Assembly: GCF_006345805.1 (NCBI RefSeq)
Contig: NC_042998.1
Coordinates: 21,824,001-21,888,000 of the forward strand
Length of the DNA stretch: 64,000 nt
Reading direction: 5' to 3'
DNA from: Octopus sinensis
Lineage: Eukaryota
How positions within the stretch are numbered: position 1 is the stretch's first letter; every line of letters begins with the position of its first letter. Positions 50,818-63,756 of this stretch are shown here, piece after piece. Under the pieces are notes generated by a model, which worked only from the letters and a program-made list of their open reading frames with translations, had not been told where the DNA came from and made no database searches. The position numbers were made by a program, and so were the translations under genes.

Positions 50818-51411
50818 GTAAATATCTGCTCTGCTGATTAGTTGTATAATCTACAGAAATGTTATCATGTCATCTTATCTGATAATTTTCCTTTGATTTG
50901 GATTAGCTAAATCTAATCCCTTAATGGTCTGGTTTCGTTCTCTCTTTATGCCTTATATAGGATGCCTTAGAGATTAGAACATGAAATATTCGGTTCTAGT
51001 AATAACATGGCAAGGATTTTCTTTGGTGACGATGGGGATTGACTTCCAGCAAGGGATTTAAATCAAAGTTAGTGCCATCACTGATGTATGTTCAGTTAGT
51101 TGAATACAGTAACTATATAGCGAACTGCTATCACTTAATGATGCTAATTACTGCTCTGTGTTAACTAAGCAATTTAAATTGTCCATTCTAGAAATTGTTG
51201 ACCTCCATAAATTTTCACACACACATATGCATGCTCGCGCGAAGGCAGGCATGCATGCATGCATGCACATATATGCACACATACACAGAATTTTAAATGC
51301 AACTGAACATTAATATAAGGATGGTTTGGTAGCTTATTAAAACAGAAACACTGTAAGAAGCCCATATATATATATATATATATATAATATATATATATAT
51401 ATAGATTTATG

Positions 51412-51491
<80 letters not shown>

Positions 51492-51706
51492 TGTATGTAG
51501 TGTATGTATGAATGTATGTAATGTATGTATGTATGTATGTATGTATGTATGTACCTACCTACCTACCCCCATCTATCTCTCTCTCTCTCTCTCTCTCTCT
51601 GTATATATATATATATATATAATATATATATATATGTTTGTATGTAGTGTATGTATGAATGTATGTAATGTATGTATGTATGTATGTACCTACCTACCTA
51701 CCCCCA

Positions 51707-51776
<70 letters not shown>

Positions 51777-52263
51777 AAGGGCATCCAGCCGTAGAAACAC
51801 TGCCAGATTTGACTGGGCCTGATGAAGCCTTCTGGCTTCACAGACCCCAGTAGAACCGTCCAACCCATGCTAGCATGGAAAACGGACGCTAAACGATGAT
51901 GATGATGATGATGAATTCAGTTAGACATTATGTTAGCCTCATGAAGGGATGGTTGCATCCAAGGAAATACCGGTTCAATACCTAATACTTTTTTGTCAGG
52001 AATTGATTTCCTTAAAATAATAGGCATGTATATAAACACCTGTAGCTTATATTCATATAAAGGAAAAAAACTTAATAAGAGTTTATTGTCAAGAACAAAT
52101 CGATATTTATCCCTTACAGCTGTTTCAATTATACTCAGTGAATTAATAAAATATTAAATTCATATTTCTGAGCATAATATCTTCAGAGGGAAAAAAATAT
52201 ACCCTTAGATGTTTTATATGTTTGTTTACAGATTCATTATAGCAGACTCATATATATATATAT

Positions 52264-52463
52264 ACCTCGTGTGTACCGTTGGTGATTTTTTTTTTTACCC
52301 CTCTGTCTTCTCTTCTCTGGATCTTTCCTTCTCCTATGTTTCCGACGAAGAGCTTCGCTTGAAACGTTAAACCCTCCTTCTTTCCTTCTTTCCTGAACGT
52401 CCAATAATACTATATTTGTTCCATGTCCTCGCGTTGTGTTTTTTTGTGCTTTCTTGTTTGGAT

Positions 52464-52467
<4 letters not shown>
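52264..52467 (+). mobile_element. Mini-element family A copy
   Basis: GTTT-CCGACGA-A-GAGC-TTC-GCTT-GAAACGTT-AAAC (52338-52372); flanked by (TA)n. Confidence 0.75.
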
Positions 52468-52504
<37 letters not shown>

Positions 52505-52679
52505 ATATATACATATGTACACACACACACACACATGTATATGTCTTTGTGTTTGTATTTGTCATCTACCACTGCTTGACAACTGGTATTGGTATATTTT
52601 CCATCCCTGTAACTAAGCAGTTCAGCAAACGACATTGATAGAATAAGTATCAGGCTTCAAAAAAATAATTATTGGGTGG

Positions 52680-53214
52680 CACCCATGCCAACCTTCCTTC
52701 ATTGGACACTAAACTCTGCTTGTGAAGACCTGTTGGGGCAAGTGAAATCGAAATTGAACCAAATTCGATGACTGGCACATGTGCCAGTGGAGCACTAACA
52801 GCTCCATCTGAGCGGGATCACTGCCAGAGCAGTTGTCTGGTTTCTGTGCCGGTGGGCACGTAAAAGGCACCAATTGAGCGTGATCGTTACCTGCATTGCC
52901 TTACTGGCACTTGTGCCGGTGGCACGGGAATAAAACAATCGAGCGAGGTCGTTGCCAGTGCCACTGCAACGACTCCTGTGCACGTGGCACGTAAAAAATA
53001 CCATTTGAGCATGGCCGTTGCCAGTACCGTCTGATGGCCCTCGTGCCGGTGGCACATAAAAGCACCCACTACACTCTCGAAGTGGTTGGCATAAGGAAGG
53101 GCATCCAGCTGTAGAAACTCTGCTAAATCAAGATTGGAGCCTGGTGCAGCCATCTGGTTTGCCAGTCCTCAGTCAAATCGTCCAACCCATGCCAGCATGG
53201 AAAGAGGATGTTAA

Positions 53215-53243
<29 letters not shown>
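52680..53243 (+). mobile_element. Family 3 retroposon, long copy
   Basis: Head, internal repeats, GGAAGGGCATCCAGCTGTAGAAAC motif and (GAT)n tail. Confidence 0.8.
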
Positions 53244-53245
<2 letters not shown>

Positions 53246-53735
53246 ATTCAGCAAAAAATTCTTCAAAATGGTGCTCCAGCATGGCCGCAGTTTAATAACA
53301 ACTGAAGCAAGTACAAGTTAAATGATAAATACATACACACTCACACGTATATACATGCATCTGTGTGCACATATATATATATGCATGTGTGCATGTGCCT
53401 ATATGCACATATCTACACATGTGCATGCATACATACAGGCAGACATTGCAAATGTTTCTGCTAATTAAATTACTTATTCAAACTATTTTAAGAATGTTGT
53501 CTGTAACTACTCTAAGTATTTGAATTAAGTTCTAAATATCAAATCAGTAATTTAAATCCTATTTATAATCCAAACATTGAACTGACTCAGCAAAAGTTTT
53601 AATCCAAAATTATGCATTGAAATTAAGATAGTTGCTTTCTGATAGAAATCAAAGTGAAAATCTTTCAGTAATATGTAAAACAATACATATTTAAGCTCAG
53701 GTGTGGCTGTCTGGTAAGAAACATGTTACCAACCA

Positions 53736-54143
53736 AAGGCGGTGAGCTGGCAGAAGCGTTAGCATGCCGGCCGAAATGCTTAGCGGTATTTCGTCTGCCG
53801 TTATGTTCTGACTTCAAATTCCGCCGAGGTCGACTTTGCCTTTCGTCCTTTTGGGGTTGATTAAATAAGTACCAGTTATGTACTGGGGTCGATATAATCG
53901 ACATAATCTGTTTGTCTATCCTTGTTTGTCTTCTCTGTGTTTAGCCCCTTCTGAGTAGTAAAGAAATAGGTATTTTATCTGCCGTCATGTTCTGAGTTCA
54001 AATTCCGCCGAGGTCGACTTTGCCTTTCATCCTTTCGGGGTCGATAAATTAAGTACCAGTTATATACTGGGGTCGATGTAATCAACTTAATCTCTTTGTC
54101 TGTCCCATCTATGTTTAGCCCCTTGTGGGCAATAAAGAAATAG
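53736..54143 (+). mobile_element. SINE family 1 dimer with 18-bp TSD, inside a family 2 SINE head
   Basis: Junction AAAGAAATAG|GTATTT at ~53970; TSD GAAACATGTTACCAACCA (53718-35) and GAAACATGCTACCAACCA (54144-61). Confidence 0.85.
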
Positions 54144-55352
54144 GAAACATGCTACCAACCACATGGTTATGGATTCAGTCCCACGGTGTGGCGCCTTAGG
54201 CAACCAAAGCCTTGTGAGAGGATTTGGTAGACAGAAACTGAAAGACACCCATCATATATGTAAATACTTTTAAGTATGTGCCTGTGTGTGTGTGTGGTGT
54301 GTGTGTGTGTGTCCTTGTATCTGTGTTTGAGCCCCACTACTGCTTGACAACCGGTGTTGGTGTGTTTACATCCCTGTATCTTAGTGGTTCACAAAAGAGA
54401 CCAGTAGAATAAGTACCAGACTTAAAAACTAAAAAAACAGAAAGGAAAAGCACTGGGGACGATTTGTTCAACTAAAACTTTTTCACAGCAGTGCCCCAGC
54501 ATGGCCACAGTCTAAGAACAGGCAGATCCTGTGGTAATGAGGGCACTGAAAGCGACACTAATCAACAGGCGCAGGGGTGTTGATGATGACATCTCCTCCT
54601 CTCTCCCTGCGGTCTCCTGCATTTGGCTTCAAAGCACACTACTCTAGCATCTATCTCACTTTATTACTATTTTGATTAATTATTACATTAACGATGAACT
54701 TGTAATTGTGCCAGGAATGACTATAATACTTGACACTTTCAAATACCAAAGGAAAAAAAAAACAAACTAAAAACGTAAATATAACAAATGACCTTTGCAT
54801 GCTTCAAATGATGAGTATGATATTTAAAATATGATTAAGCAATTCTATGTCCTATATTTTGATGATGTCCTATTTCCTATTTATGTGAAATATTTTTGTA
54901 CTGTTCCTTTTTCTGTATATAAATTTATTCCTACCATTCAGTATAACAGTGCTCTTTAGTTTAGTACTGTTCTGTGTAGCCAATTGGTTCAATATTTTTC
55001 ATTATATATATATAGATGGGTGTGTGAGTATATGTGTGTATATATATATATATATTTGTATAACTACAAAATTAGAAAATGGAGAAACATACTTAAATCA
55101 ATCAAACATCAACCATCAGATGATACCCAAACAATACTTTATTACACCATTACATAACAGTAAAGGCATTATCCTGTGGATGAACTCATTAATTCTATAG
55201 ATTAGCTCTTTAGTGTAATGGTCTTTGGTAGGGATAGGTACATCTTTCATTGATGAATTAATTAGTATTTTCTCCATTTTACTAGCAGTATATATATATA
55301 TTGACATCACTTTGTGAGGAGCATAGAGTTGGCTTCCCATATATATATATAT

Positions 55353-55745
55353 AGGAGTGGCTGTGTGGTAAGTAGCTTGTTAACCAACCACATGGTTCCG
55401 GGTTCAGTCCCACTGTGTGGTATCTTGGGCAAGTGTCTTCTGCTATAGCCCCGGGCCGACCAATGCCTTGTGAGTGGATTTGGTAGACGGAAACTGAAAG
55501 AAGCCTGTCGTATATATGTATATATATATGTGTATGTGTGTGTGTGTGCGTGTTTGTGTTTGTCCCCCTAGCATTGTTTGACAACCGATGCTGGTGTGTT
55601 TACGTCCCCGTCACTTAGCGGTTCGGCAAAGAGACCGATAGAATAAGTACTGGGCTTACAAAGAATAAGTCCTGGGGTCGATTTGCTCGACTAAAGGCGA
55701 TGCTCCAGCATGGCCGCAGTCAAATGACTGAAACAAGTAAAAGAG
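55353..55745 (+). mobile_element. SINE family 2, young full copy
   Basis: Complete head, CpG-rich body and GACTGAAACAAGTAAAAGAG tail. Confidence 0.9.
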
Positions 55746-56379
55746 TATGTATATAGTTAATCTCAAAAAATGAAGAAAAACACAAGAAAAATATAACGAG
55801 AGGACGGCCCTCGTGCTGGTGGCACGTAAAATGCACCCATTACACTCTTGGGGTGGTTGGTGTTAAGAAGGGCATCCAGCTGTTGAAACATTACCAGTTC
55901 GGATTGGAGCTTGGTGCAGCCTTCTGGCTCGCCAGCCCTCAGTCAAACCGTCCAACCCATATCAGCACGGAAAGTAGACGTTAAACGTTATGTTACATTT
56001 CATCATCATCATAGTCTAACATTCACTTTTCCATGCTTGCATGGGTCAGACAATATTTGTCGAGGCAAGTTTTCTATGGCTGGATGCCCTTCCTAATGCC
56101 TCCTCTTTGTATATATAAAAAGCAAAAAAAAAATAATAATTTTAAAAACCAAATAAAGCACTAAGTTGAGTTCTAATGCACTTTTACTGATGATGATGAT
56201 AATGAAGAGAAGCGGAAGTAGGGGTGGGCAGTGGAACAGTGGAGTTGATAGTGAGAGGGGTGTCATGGTTTATTATATTTCTCAACTCTGCACACGCAGA
56301 CACATCTTGTTAGATACTGTCACCTACACCCACCCACACAGACATGCACATATATATAATATGTATATATATGTATAAC

Positions 56380-56427
<48 letters not shown>

Positions 56428-56580
56428 AGGCGTGGCTGTGTGGTAAGAAGCTTACTGCCCAAGGACATGGTTCCGGGTTCAGTCCACTGCATAGCACCTT
56501 GAGCGAGTATCATCTACTGTAGCCTTGGGTCGACCAAAGCCTGGTGAGCGGATTTGGTAGACGGAAACTGAAAGAAGACC

Positions 56581-56616
<36 letters not shown>

Positions 56617-56631
56617 CATATATATATATAT

Positions 56632-56690
<59 letters not shown>

Positions 56691-57119
56691 CATACACATA
56701 TATATATACATGTATATATGTTTATGTGGCTTTGTGTCTGTGTTTGCTCCCCTCCGCCCCCACCATCACATGACAACCGATGTTGGTGTGTTTATATTCC
56801 CATAACTTAGAGGTTCGCCAAAAGAGATCGATAGAATAAGTACTAGGCTTACAAAGAATAAGTCCTGGGGGTCGATTTGCTCGACTAAAGGCAGTGATCC
56901 AGCATGGTCACAGTCAAATAACTGAAACAAATAAAAGAATACAAGAATGCAAGAATATATATATGTATATATTTATGTATGTGTATACAAATATGTATGT
57001 TTACACAAACGCATGCATACACATCTATTATATGCTTATGTGCACGTGTGTGTGCATATACATACAAATATATATATGCATGTATATGTATACACAAACT
57101 TATGCACTCATATGTTTGC

Positions 57120-57156
<37 letters not shown>

Positions 57157-57796
57157 CACACATGCATCTTTCATTCTTTAAAAATTCATTCAGTTGACAC
57201 ATGTCGTTCACCTCCCATTCTACCTCCTGCCTCGCCCACCCACCTTTGCTCTCCTCCTCTTCTTTCTCCATACCACCACCACCACCACCACCGTTGTCCT
57301 CCCCACCGTCGGCCTCCTCATCGTCATCGCTGTCAATGAAACCAGCTTACCATTCTCACATTATTCTTCTAATTCCCAAAGCTGACCAACTTCCTGGTTT
57401 ATTCCCTCTGCTGTCGAATTCCTCTACAAACAGCTTACACCTCCTCCTCCTTCTCTTTCTCCTTTGTCTTAGAAATTTTAGAATTACTTATAAATATGTT
57501 ACAAGATGGATGCCATTTTCATTTTTTATATACTTTTGTTTATTTATTTGAGTTTTTTTTTTTTATCTCTTTTTGAGTTTTTGCATACATTTTTTTCGTT
57601 GTTTGATTTTTGTTTTTTCATTCTTTCTCTTTTGTCGTTTCTTTTCTTTATCTTTTCTGCTTTGCTTTTAAATAAAATAAAATAACATTAAAAAACAGGT
57701 TGGTCTTTTGTTTGTTTTATATATGTATATTTTTTTGTGTGTGTATGTATGTATGTATGTATGTCGAGAGGGAGAGAAAGAGAGTATTTGTGATTG

Positions 57797-57880
<84 letters not shown>

Positions 57881-58329
57881 AGTAGAATTATTAAAATATA
57901 AACAACAACCATTTTTGTTTACAAAATTCTAAACTGTTTCAAGAATCAAGTGATATTTTGGTAGTGTAGCATATTTGGAATATTATTTACTCAATAAATA
58001 TAGCTATAACAACAACAACATCATCACCATCATCATCACCAACACCAGCAGCACCACCACCATTGACTTCTTCTTCTTTTCCTCCTGACTCTTCTTCTCT
58101 TCCTCCTGACTCTTTGTCTTCTTCTTGTTCTCCCCCTCCCCCTTCTTCTTCTCCTCCTTCTTCTTCTCCTGACTCTTTGTCTTCTTCTTCTCCCCTCCTC
58201 CTTCTTCTTCTTCTCCCCCTACTCCTCCCCTCCTTCTTCTCCTTCTCCGCCTCCTCCTTTTATGTCCACTATCTATTGCTGGCACTTGTTGCAGCAGTTG
58301 GCAAGCTCAGAGTCATTTTTTAAAATTCA

Positions 58330-58612
58330 GTCTGTGTGAAGCATCATGTCCTCATTCATATGGTTCAAATTGTGACACATCCGAAATTTGTTCTCTAAAT
58401 AATCTACAGATTCTCCTATAAGCAATGAGTCATCCACATACAAAAGCTCGTAGTGGCAACTGGTCTTGAACTCCTCAGTTTTAACTTGAAGCATTATGAT
58501 AAACAGGAGAGGAACGAGAACTGAGCCCTGATGGATCCCCTGTCTGAAAACCAAATCCCTAATGGAACTCATTATTAACTCTGACCTTGTTGACAGTACC
58601 TGTGTACATGGC
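58330..58612 (-). mobile_element. RTE-clade reverse transcriptase fragment
   Basis: RQGIHQGSVLVPLLFIIMLQVKTEEFKTSCHYELLYVDDSLLIGES matches RT motifs GxxQGSxLSPLLF and LLYADD. Confidence 0.85.
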
Positions 58613-59736
58613 CAGTATGGTCATAACAAATTAATTATTAATGTCTTGATTTCTCTGAGCCTATCTTGTCATAGAGTGAAGGATCTTATCAAAATCCTTC
58701 TCCATGCTTAGTATTTTATTCTTAACTTAGAACTTCTTCAGTAGTTGTCTCACTGCAGTTTTACCTAGAAGATTTGGAATGAAGAACACCATTTTTATGA
58801 TGCCTTTCAATTTGACAACAAAAGTAGGCTGTGTATAACTGAAGGAACAAACATCTTTGTTGGATTGAAAACAACTGTTCTAACCTTGAGATCTAAAATC
58901 TTCACAAAATGTATGAATGTTGATAAGTTTCTGTTATGAAACTGGAAGGTGATCCTTTCAGCAGGTTAGATATACAGTAGTGCAACATCATTTAAGCCTT
59001 TCCTTCATTCAACTACCCCACTAGGCATAGCTTTTTTAGGTGACAATACAGAGTTAAAGGACATTAACCACTCAACATTAACGAAATTCTATCAGATGGG
59101 TTAGAGAGACATAATCTAGATTTTATGAACAGAATTAATCCCCTTTCCTTTAGAATGTTTCTTAACATATTTTTCTTGATTTTTCTTGTATTTCCTCATG
59201 GTATATCTATGTTATATGAGCCTGAATGATTGCACAGTACACTATCCAAGCCCATCCAATTTACTGCATTATCCAAGCATGAAACTTGAAGTAGCTTATG
59301 TATAGCAATTTTATATGTATGTATGTGTGGTTGTTTGTGTCTCCGGGTTTTGGCATTGCACAAAAGTTGTAAAAGAGCATCTTCGTCATAAATATGATTT
59401 CCTTTGTTTCCAATCTTCCATGAAAACAAATCTAGCCACATGGGAAATCCTTTACATAGAAAACAAATGAGGTTTAGTGACAGGAAGAGCATCCAATGAT
59501 ATAAAATTTACCTCATTGAATTCCCTAGGACCCATGCAAGTATCAAAATACGAACATGAAAATAATGATGATGATCATGACATATCTATAAAACCTTGAT
59601 TTATATGATACACTTAGCTACATTTCTGTAAAACCAGGCAATGTTGAAATTAATGGTTTAAAAAAATATACAACTCACCTGATTTTCTTCATTTGATATA
59701 TTTCTAATGAATGTTTTTCTTTTTTGTTTCTTGCAG

Positions 59737-59757
59737 CATCAAGTGGCTCCAATAACT
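59737..59757 (+). CDS. Candidate 21-nt microexon
   Basis: Acceptor TTTTTCTTTTTTGTTTCTTGCAG and donor GTGAGT; overlaps a competing minus-strand candidate at 59679-59755. Confidence 0.25.
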
Positions 59758-60085
59758 GTGAGTACTCTTTTGGTATTGAGTAATAATTAATCATAGTCTT
59801 ATATATTAAATTTTCTCTGCTGAGAAAAATCTTCATAAATACACGCAATTGAAAGCAGGCTAGCGAAAAGATATTTAAAAAAAGACCCCATATTAATTGT
59901 GAATTAGCTAATTTCAAGATTAAAATCTTAAATAGATTTTTTTTCCCATCACCCACTTTCAATTGTATGTATTTATGGAGTTTTTCTTGGTAGCTTCATA
60001 ATGTTCAGACATTAATTCAGCATGGGCGAGAAAAGTCCTGTTTTGACTTCCTCCCTTAATTTGATTATATATATATAATATATAT

Positions 60086-60201
60086 ATTTAGGGCTAAAAC
60101 CACTAGGTGGATAACCATACGCTAGAAGAAGATCACATACGATCTAATAGTATGTGATCTTCTAGCATATGGTTATCCACCTAGTGGTTTTAGCACTAAA
60201 T
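60086..60201. repeat. Near-perfect hairpin (~53-bp stem, 9-nt loop)
   Basis: ATTTAGGGCTAAAACCACTAGGTGGATAACCATACGCTAGAAGAAGATCACATAC pairs with GTATGTGATCTTCTAGCATATGGTTATCCACCTAGTGGTTTTAGCACTAAAT, with a 3-nt bulge and two mismatches. Confidence 0.9.
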
Positions 60202-61357
60202 TTGCACATGTATTGAAATTTTTTCTGATTTTTCAGGTTTTTTATATGCTAGGCTACTGGTTTTAAATTGATATTAATTAAATTAATATTCAATTTATCT
60301 CCCTCATTATTTAAATGTTTGTATATATATATATATATTAATTAATGTATAAATTGCTTATAAATTTTTTATTCCATGCTGATTACCTGATAATAATCAC
60401 TAACGTGATTTTTATCCATATTTTGTGAATAACCATAGTCTTATATACAAGCGTATTGTTACTAACTAACTATAAGTTATTCCTTCTCTGAGAAAAATTG
60501 AAAGTAAATCCTGTAGAGAATTGAGTCTCTTATCACTATTCAAATCTTGGTTTCAAAATTGGTGCCCCACTTCCTTATTTTTGCAGGAAACTCTAAGTCA
60601 TAGCAAGCATCAGTAATATTAATATGCTAACTTTTTGTTTTTGTATGTACCTGTTGTGTGCGTCACACTTCAAAGAAGAGGCAAAGGGAGTGAGAGGAGG
60701 ACAGAGAGGAAGTAAGGGAGAGAGTGATAGAGACAATGAGTGGTGACGCATTTGTCTTGTGTTTTTAAATGTTCCAGAGAGGATGTAAGAGAGAAAGACA
60801 GAGAGTGAAAGAGACAGTGAGTTTTGTGTTTTTAAATGTTTCAGAGAAAACGTAAGAGAGTGAGAAAAAGGGAGAGAGAAAGAGAGAGTGAAAGAGACAG
60901 TGAGTAGTGATGGTGTTCGTTTTGTGCCTTTAGACACATAGATATGTATACACATTGTTAAATCAAAAGTGGGAGAGAAGAGTGACACAAATGAAGTGAA
61001 AGAGAAAGAGAGAGTGACAGTTCATAGATACATAGACAGGAAATATTGGCTGTCAATTTCACTTTTCATTACCACACGAGGATAAAATTAACTCAAATGG
61101 CTGAGTACTCCAGACATGCATAACATTTAATGTAGTTCTCAGGAGGATTCAGCCTCACACAGAATATGACAAGGCTGGCCCCTTTGAATTACAGCTACAA
61201 TTTGAGACATATATATGAATGTATTTGTGTGTGTGTATAGTTTAGGTTAGTTAAAACAGGTTTGCAATAATAAGTGACGCGTGGAGGAAATAAACGCAAT
61301 TACCAAACTTTTATTCATAAATCCATTTATTATTTCATTCCTTTGCATTTCAATTTG

Positions 61358-61802
61358 TACATTTGTTCCTAGAAATTTTCAACAACTACATGCCAGAAGA
61401 AATGGAAAAACAAGTAATTTTCTCTCCTAAAAATTCCAACTGTCTTGCAATAAATGAAAAAGTTCTAAATATTATCCCAGAGGCACTTAAGTCATACTTA
61501 AGCACAGACTCGGTGTCCTGCAATAATGAAGAGGAGGTTCAGAACTATCCATTTGAATTCATTAACTCATTCACTCCATCTGATATGCCTCCTCATCTCC
61601 TCAACTTAAAAGTAGGGGGCTATTGTAATGCTGCTAAGAAATCTTTCGATCAGTCAAGGATTACGTAATGGAACTCGCATGAAAGTGCAAAGACTTCATG
61701 AACATTGTGTAGAGGCATCATTGGTATCAGGCTCCAACAGAGGTCATACAGTTCTAATTCCCAGAATTAAACTTGGCCCAGTGATGCAAATATTCCATTC
61801 AC
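61358..61802 (+). pseudogene. Helitron-type PIF1 helicase C-terminal fragment with two frameshifts
   Basis: EIFNNYMPEEMEKQVIFSPKN...YPFEFINSFTPSDMPPHLLNLKVG/AIVMLLRNLSISQGLRNGTRMKV...SGSNRGHTVLIPRIKL/PSDANIPF, the PSGxPPHxLxLKVG.xMLLRNL...GLCNGTR...IPRI..PF motif. Confidence 0.9.
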
Positions 61803-61804
61803 AG

Positions 61805-62020
61805 ATTCTGGTTCAGTTCCACTGCATGGCACTTTGGGCAAGTGTCTTCTGCTGTAGGTTTGGTCTACATCGTTTTTTTTTTTTATCTCTTACTTGTTTC
61901 AGTCATTGGACTGCGACCATGCTGAATGAATTGACCCCAGAACTTTTTTTAAGCCTTGTACTTATACTATTGGTATCTTTTGCTGAACTGCTAAGTTATG
62001 GGAATGTAAGTACCAGTCAA
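61805..62020. repeat. Composite SINE segment duplicated at 63245-63460
   Basis: Both carry TTCTGGTTCAGTTCCACTGCATGGCACTTTGG joined to TCTACATYG(T)n...TTACTTGTTTCAGTCATTGGACTGCGACCATGCTG. Confidence 0.6.
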
Positions 62021-63549
62021 ACATAAGGGTTGATGTAATCAGCTTTGACTCTTCTCCCAAAATTGATGGCCTTTGAAACCAATATTATAACTAAACTATA
62101 TTATGTAGTCACGTGTGTGTTTGTGGTATGTGTGTGTGTGTGTGTGTGTGCTTGCATGCATGCGTACATATGTATAACTGGTCCTTACTTTACTAGCTCT
62201 GAATGGAACCTTAAGAGAACAACTTCCTTAGCTGGATTTGAACTCACATCATAAGAGAAACAAAGAAACTTAATGCTGCAATTAATTTTTGTTGTTTTTA
62301 AAGTTCAGTTTTTTTAAACTTAAAAAGACCTATGATCAAAGGCATTCCAACCATGACCATCCCGTATTTTTTTTTCTGTGTGCAGTGAATCAAGGTCCAT
62401 ATGAACCAATGTGATGAGGGTGAGGGTAGTTGTGGGGATAGGAGTGGGGAAGTTGATGCAAAAATAAAAATTGTGGAAATACTAAAATAAGTGAAGAAAG
62501 AGAAATAGCAACTATTTTTTTTTTTAAAAAAGGGGAGAAAAAATGCAAAAAGAAAGGATAAAAAAATTGGAAATAAAAGATAAATAAGAGGAAAACTTGG
62601 TCAAAGTGCTAAAGATGGCAGTGATGGTGGTAGCGGTGGAGGCAGTGCCGGAGGTGTGAAATGAAAGCTCAACTGCATAAAAGAGAATTCCATATAAAGC
62701 CAGATCAGCGTGGTTTAGTGATTCCGTCAGTTTACCAAGATCAAAGTTGTGATAGAGGAAGAGACAGAAAAAGTAAAAGACAAGGAAAGAGAGTGAAAGA
62801 GAGAGGAAAGACAGAGAGAGGGAAGAGAGAAAGTGAGGGTGAGAGAGTAGGGGTTGTATTGGTAGAGAAAAATTCTTCAATCATACTGCTTTATCCTTAA
62901 TAGGTGGTCTGGCTAATAATAGCATGTTATAAGAAGGTCTATAGGAAGCCAGTTAAAAGACCAGGTGCAAAGTTCATGATATAATTTGCTCCATGCACCT
63001 TACTTTCAGTTTAAATTATCAAGGTGAGCGAATGAATGAATGAATGAGAGATTTATGAATGAAAGATTTGATTAAACTGGGTTGGGTTGAGCCAATTGTG
63101 TTGTAAAGAATTGGTCTGGCCAGGATGATATAATAATGTGGTAATAGAATTATTGGAATTCTGGATGTGCAGAAGATTAGGATTATTTATATATTCTTTT
63201 TGACAATTAATCTTTAGCTTTAGGCGAAGAATTTTACTTCCTGACCACATGGTTTCTGGTTCAGTTCCACTGCATGGCACTTTGGTCTACATTGTTTTTT
63301 TTTTCTTTTATCTTTTACTTGTTTCAGTCATTGGACTGCGACCATGCTGGGGCACCCCCTTAAGGAAATTTAGGGGATTGAATTGACGTCAGAACTTTTT
63401 TTTAAAGCCATGTACTTATTCTAGTGGTATCTTTTGCTGAACTGCTAAGTTATGGGGACATAAACATATCAACACTGGTTGTCAAGTGGTAGTGGTGGAC
63501 AAACAGAGACACAAAGATACACATATACACACACACATGAAATGACACA

Positions 63550-63700
<151 letters not shown>

Positions 63701-63721
63701 GTAATCTATCAATCTATCTGA

Positions 63722-63756
<35 letters not shown>

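Noticed and set aside
51805-51830. CTGATGAAGCC-TTCT-GGCTTC as a hammerhead
   Set aside because: It is a mutated version of the family 3 segment CTGGTGCAGCCTTCTGGC; no GAAA or helix III follows
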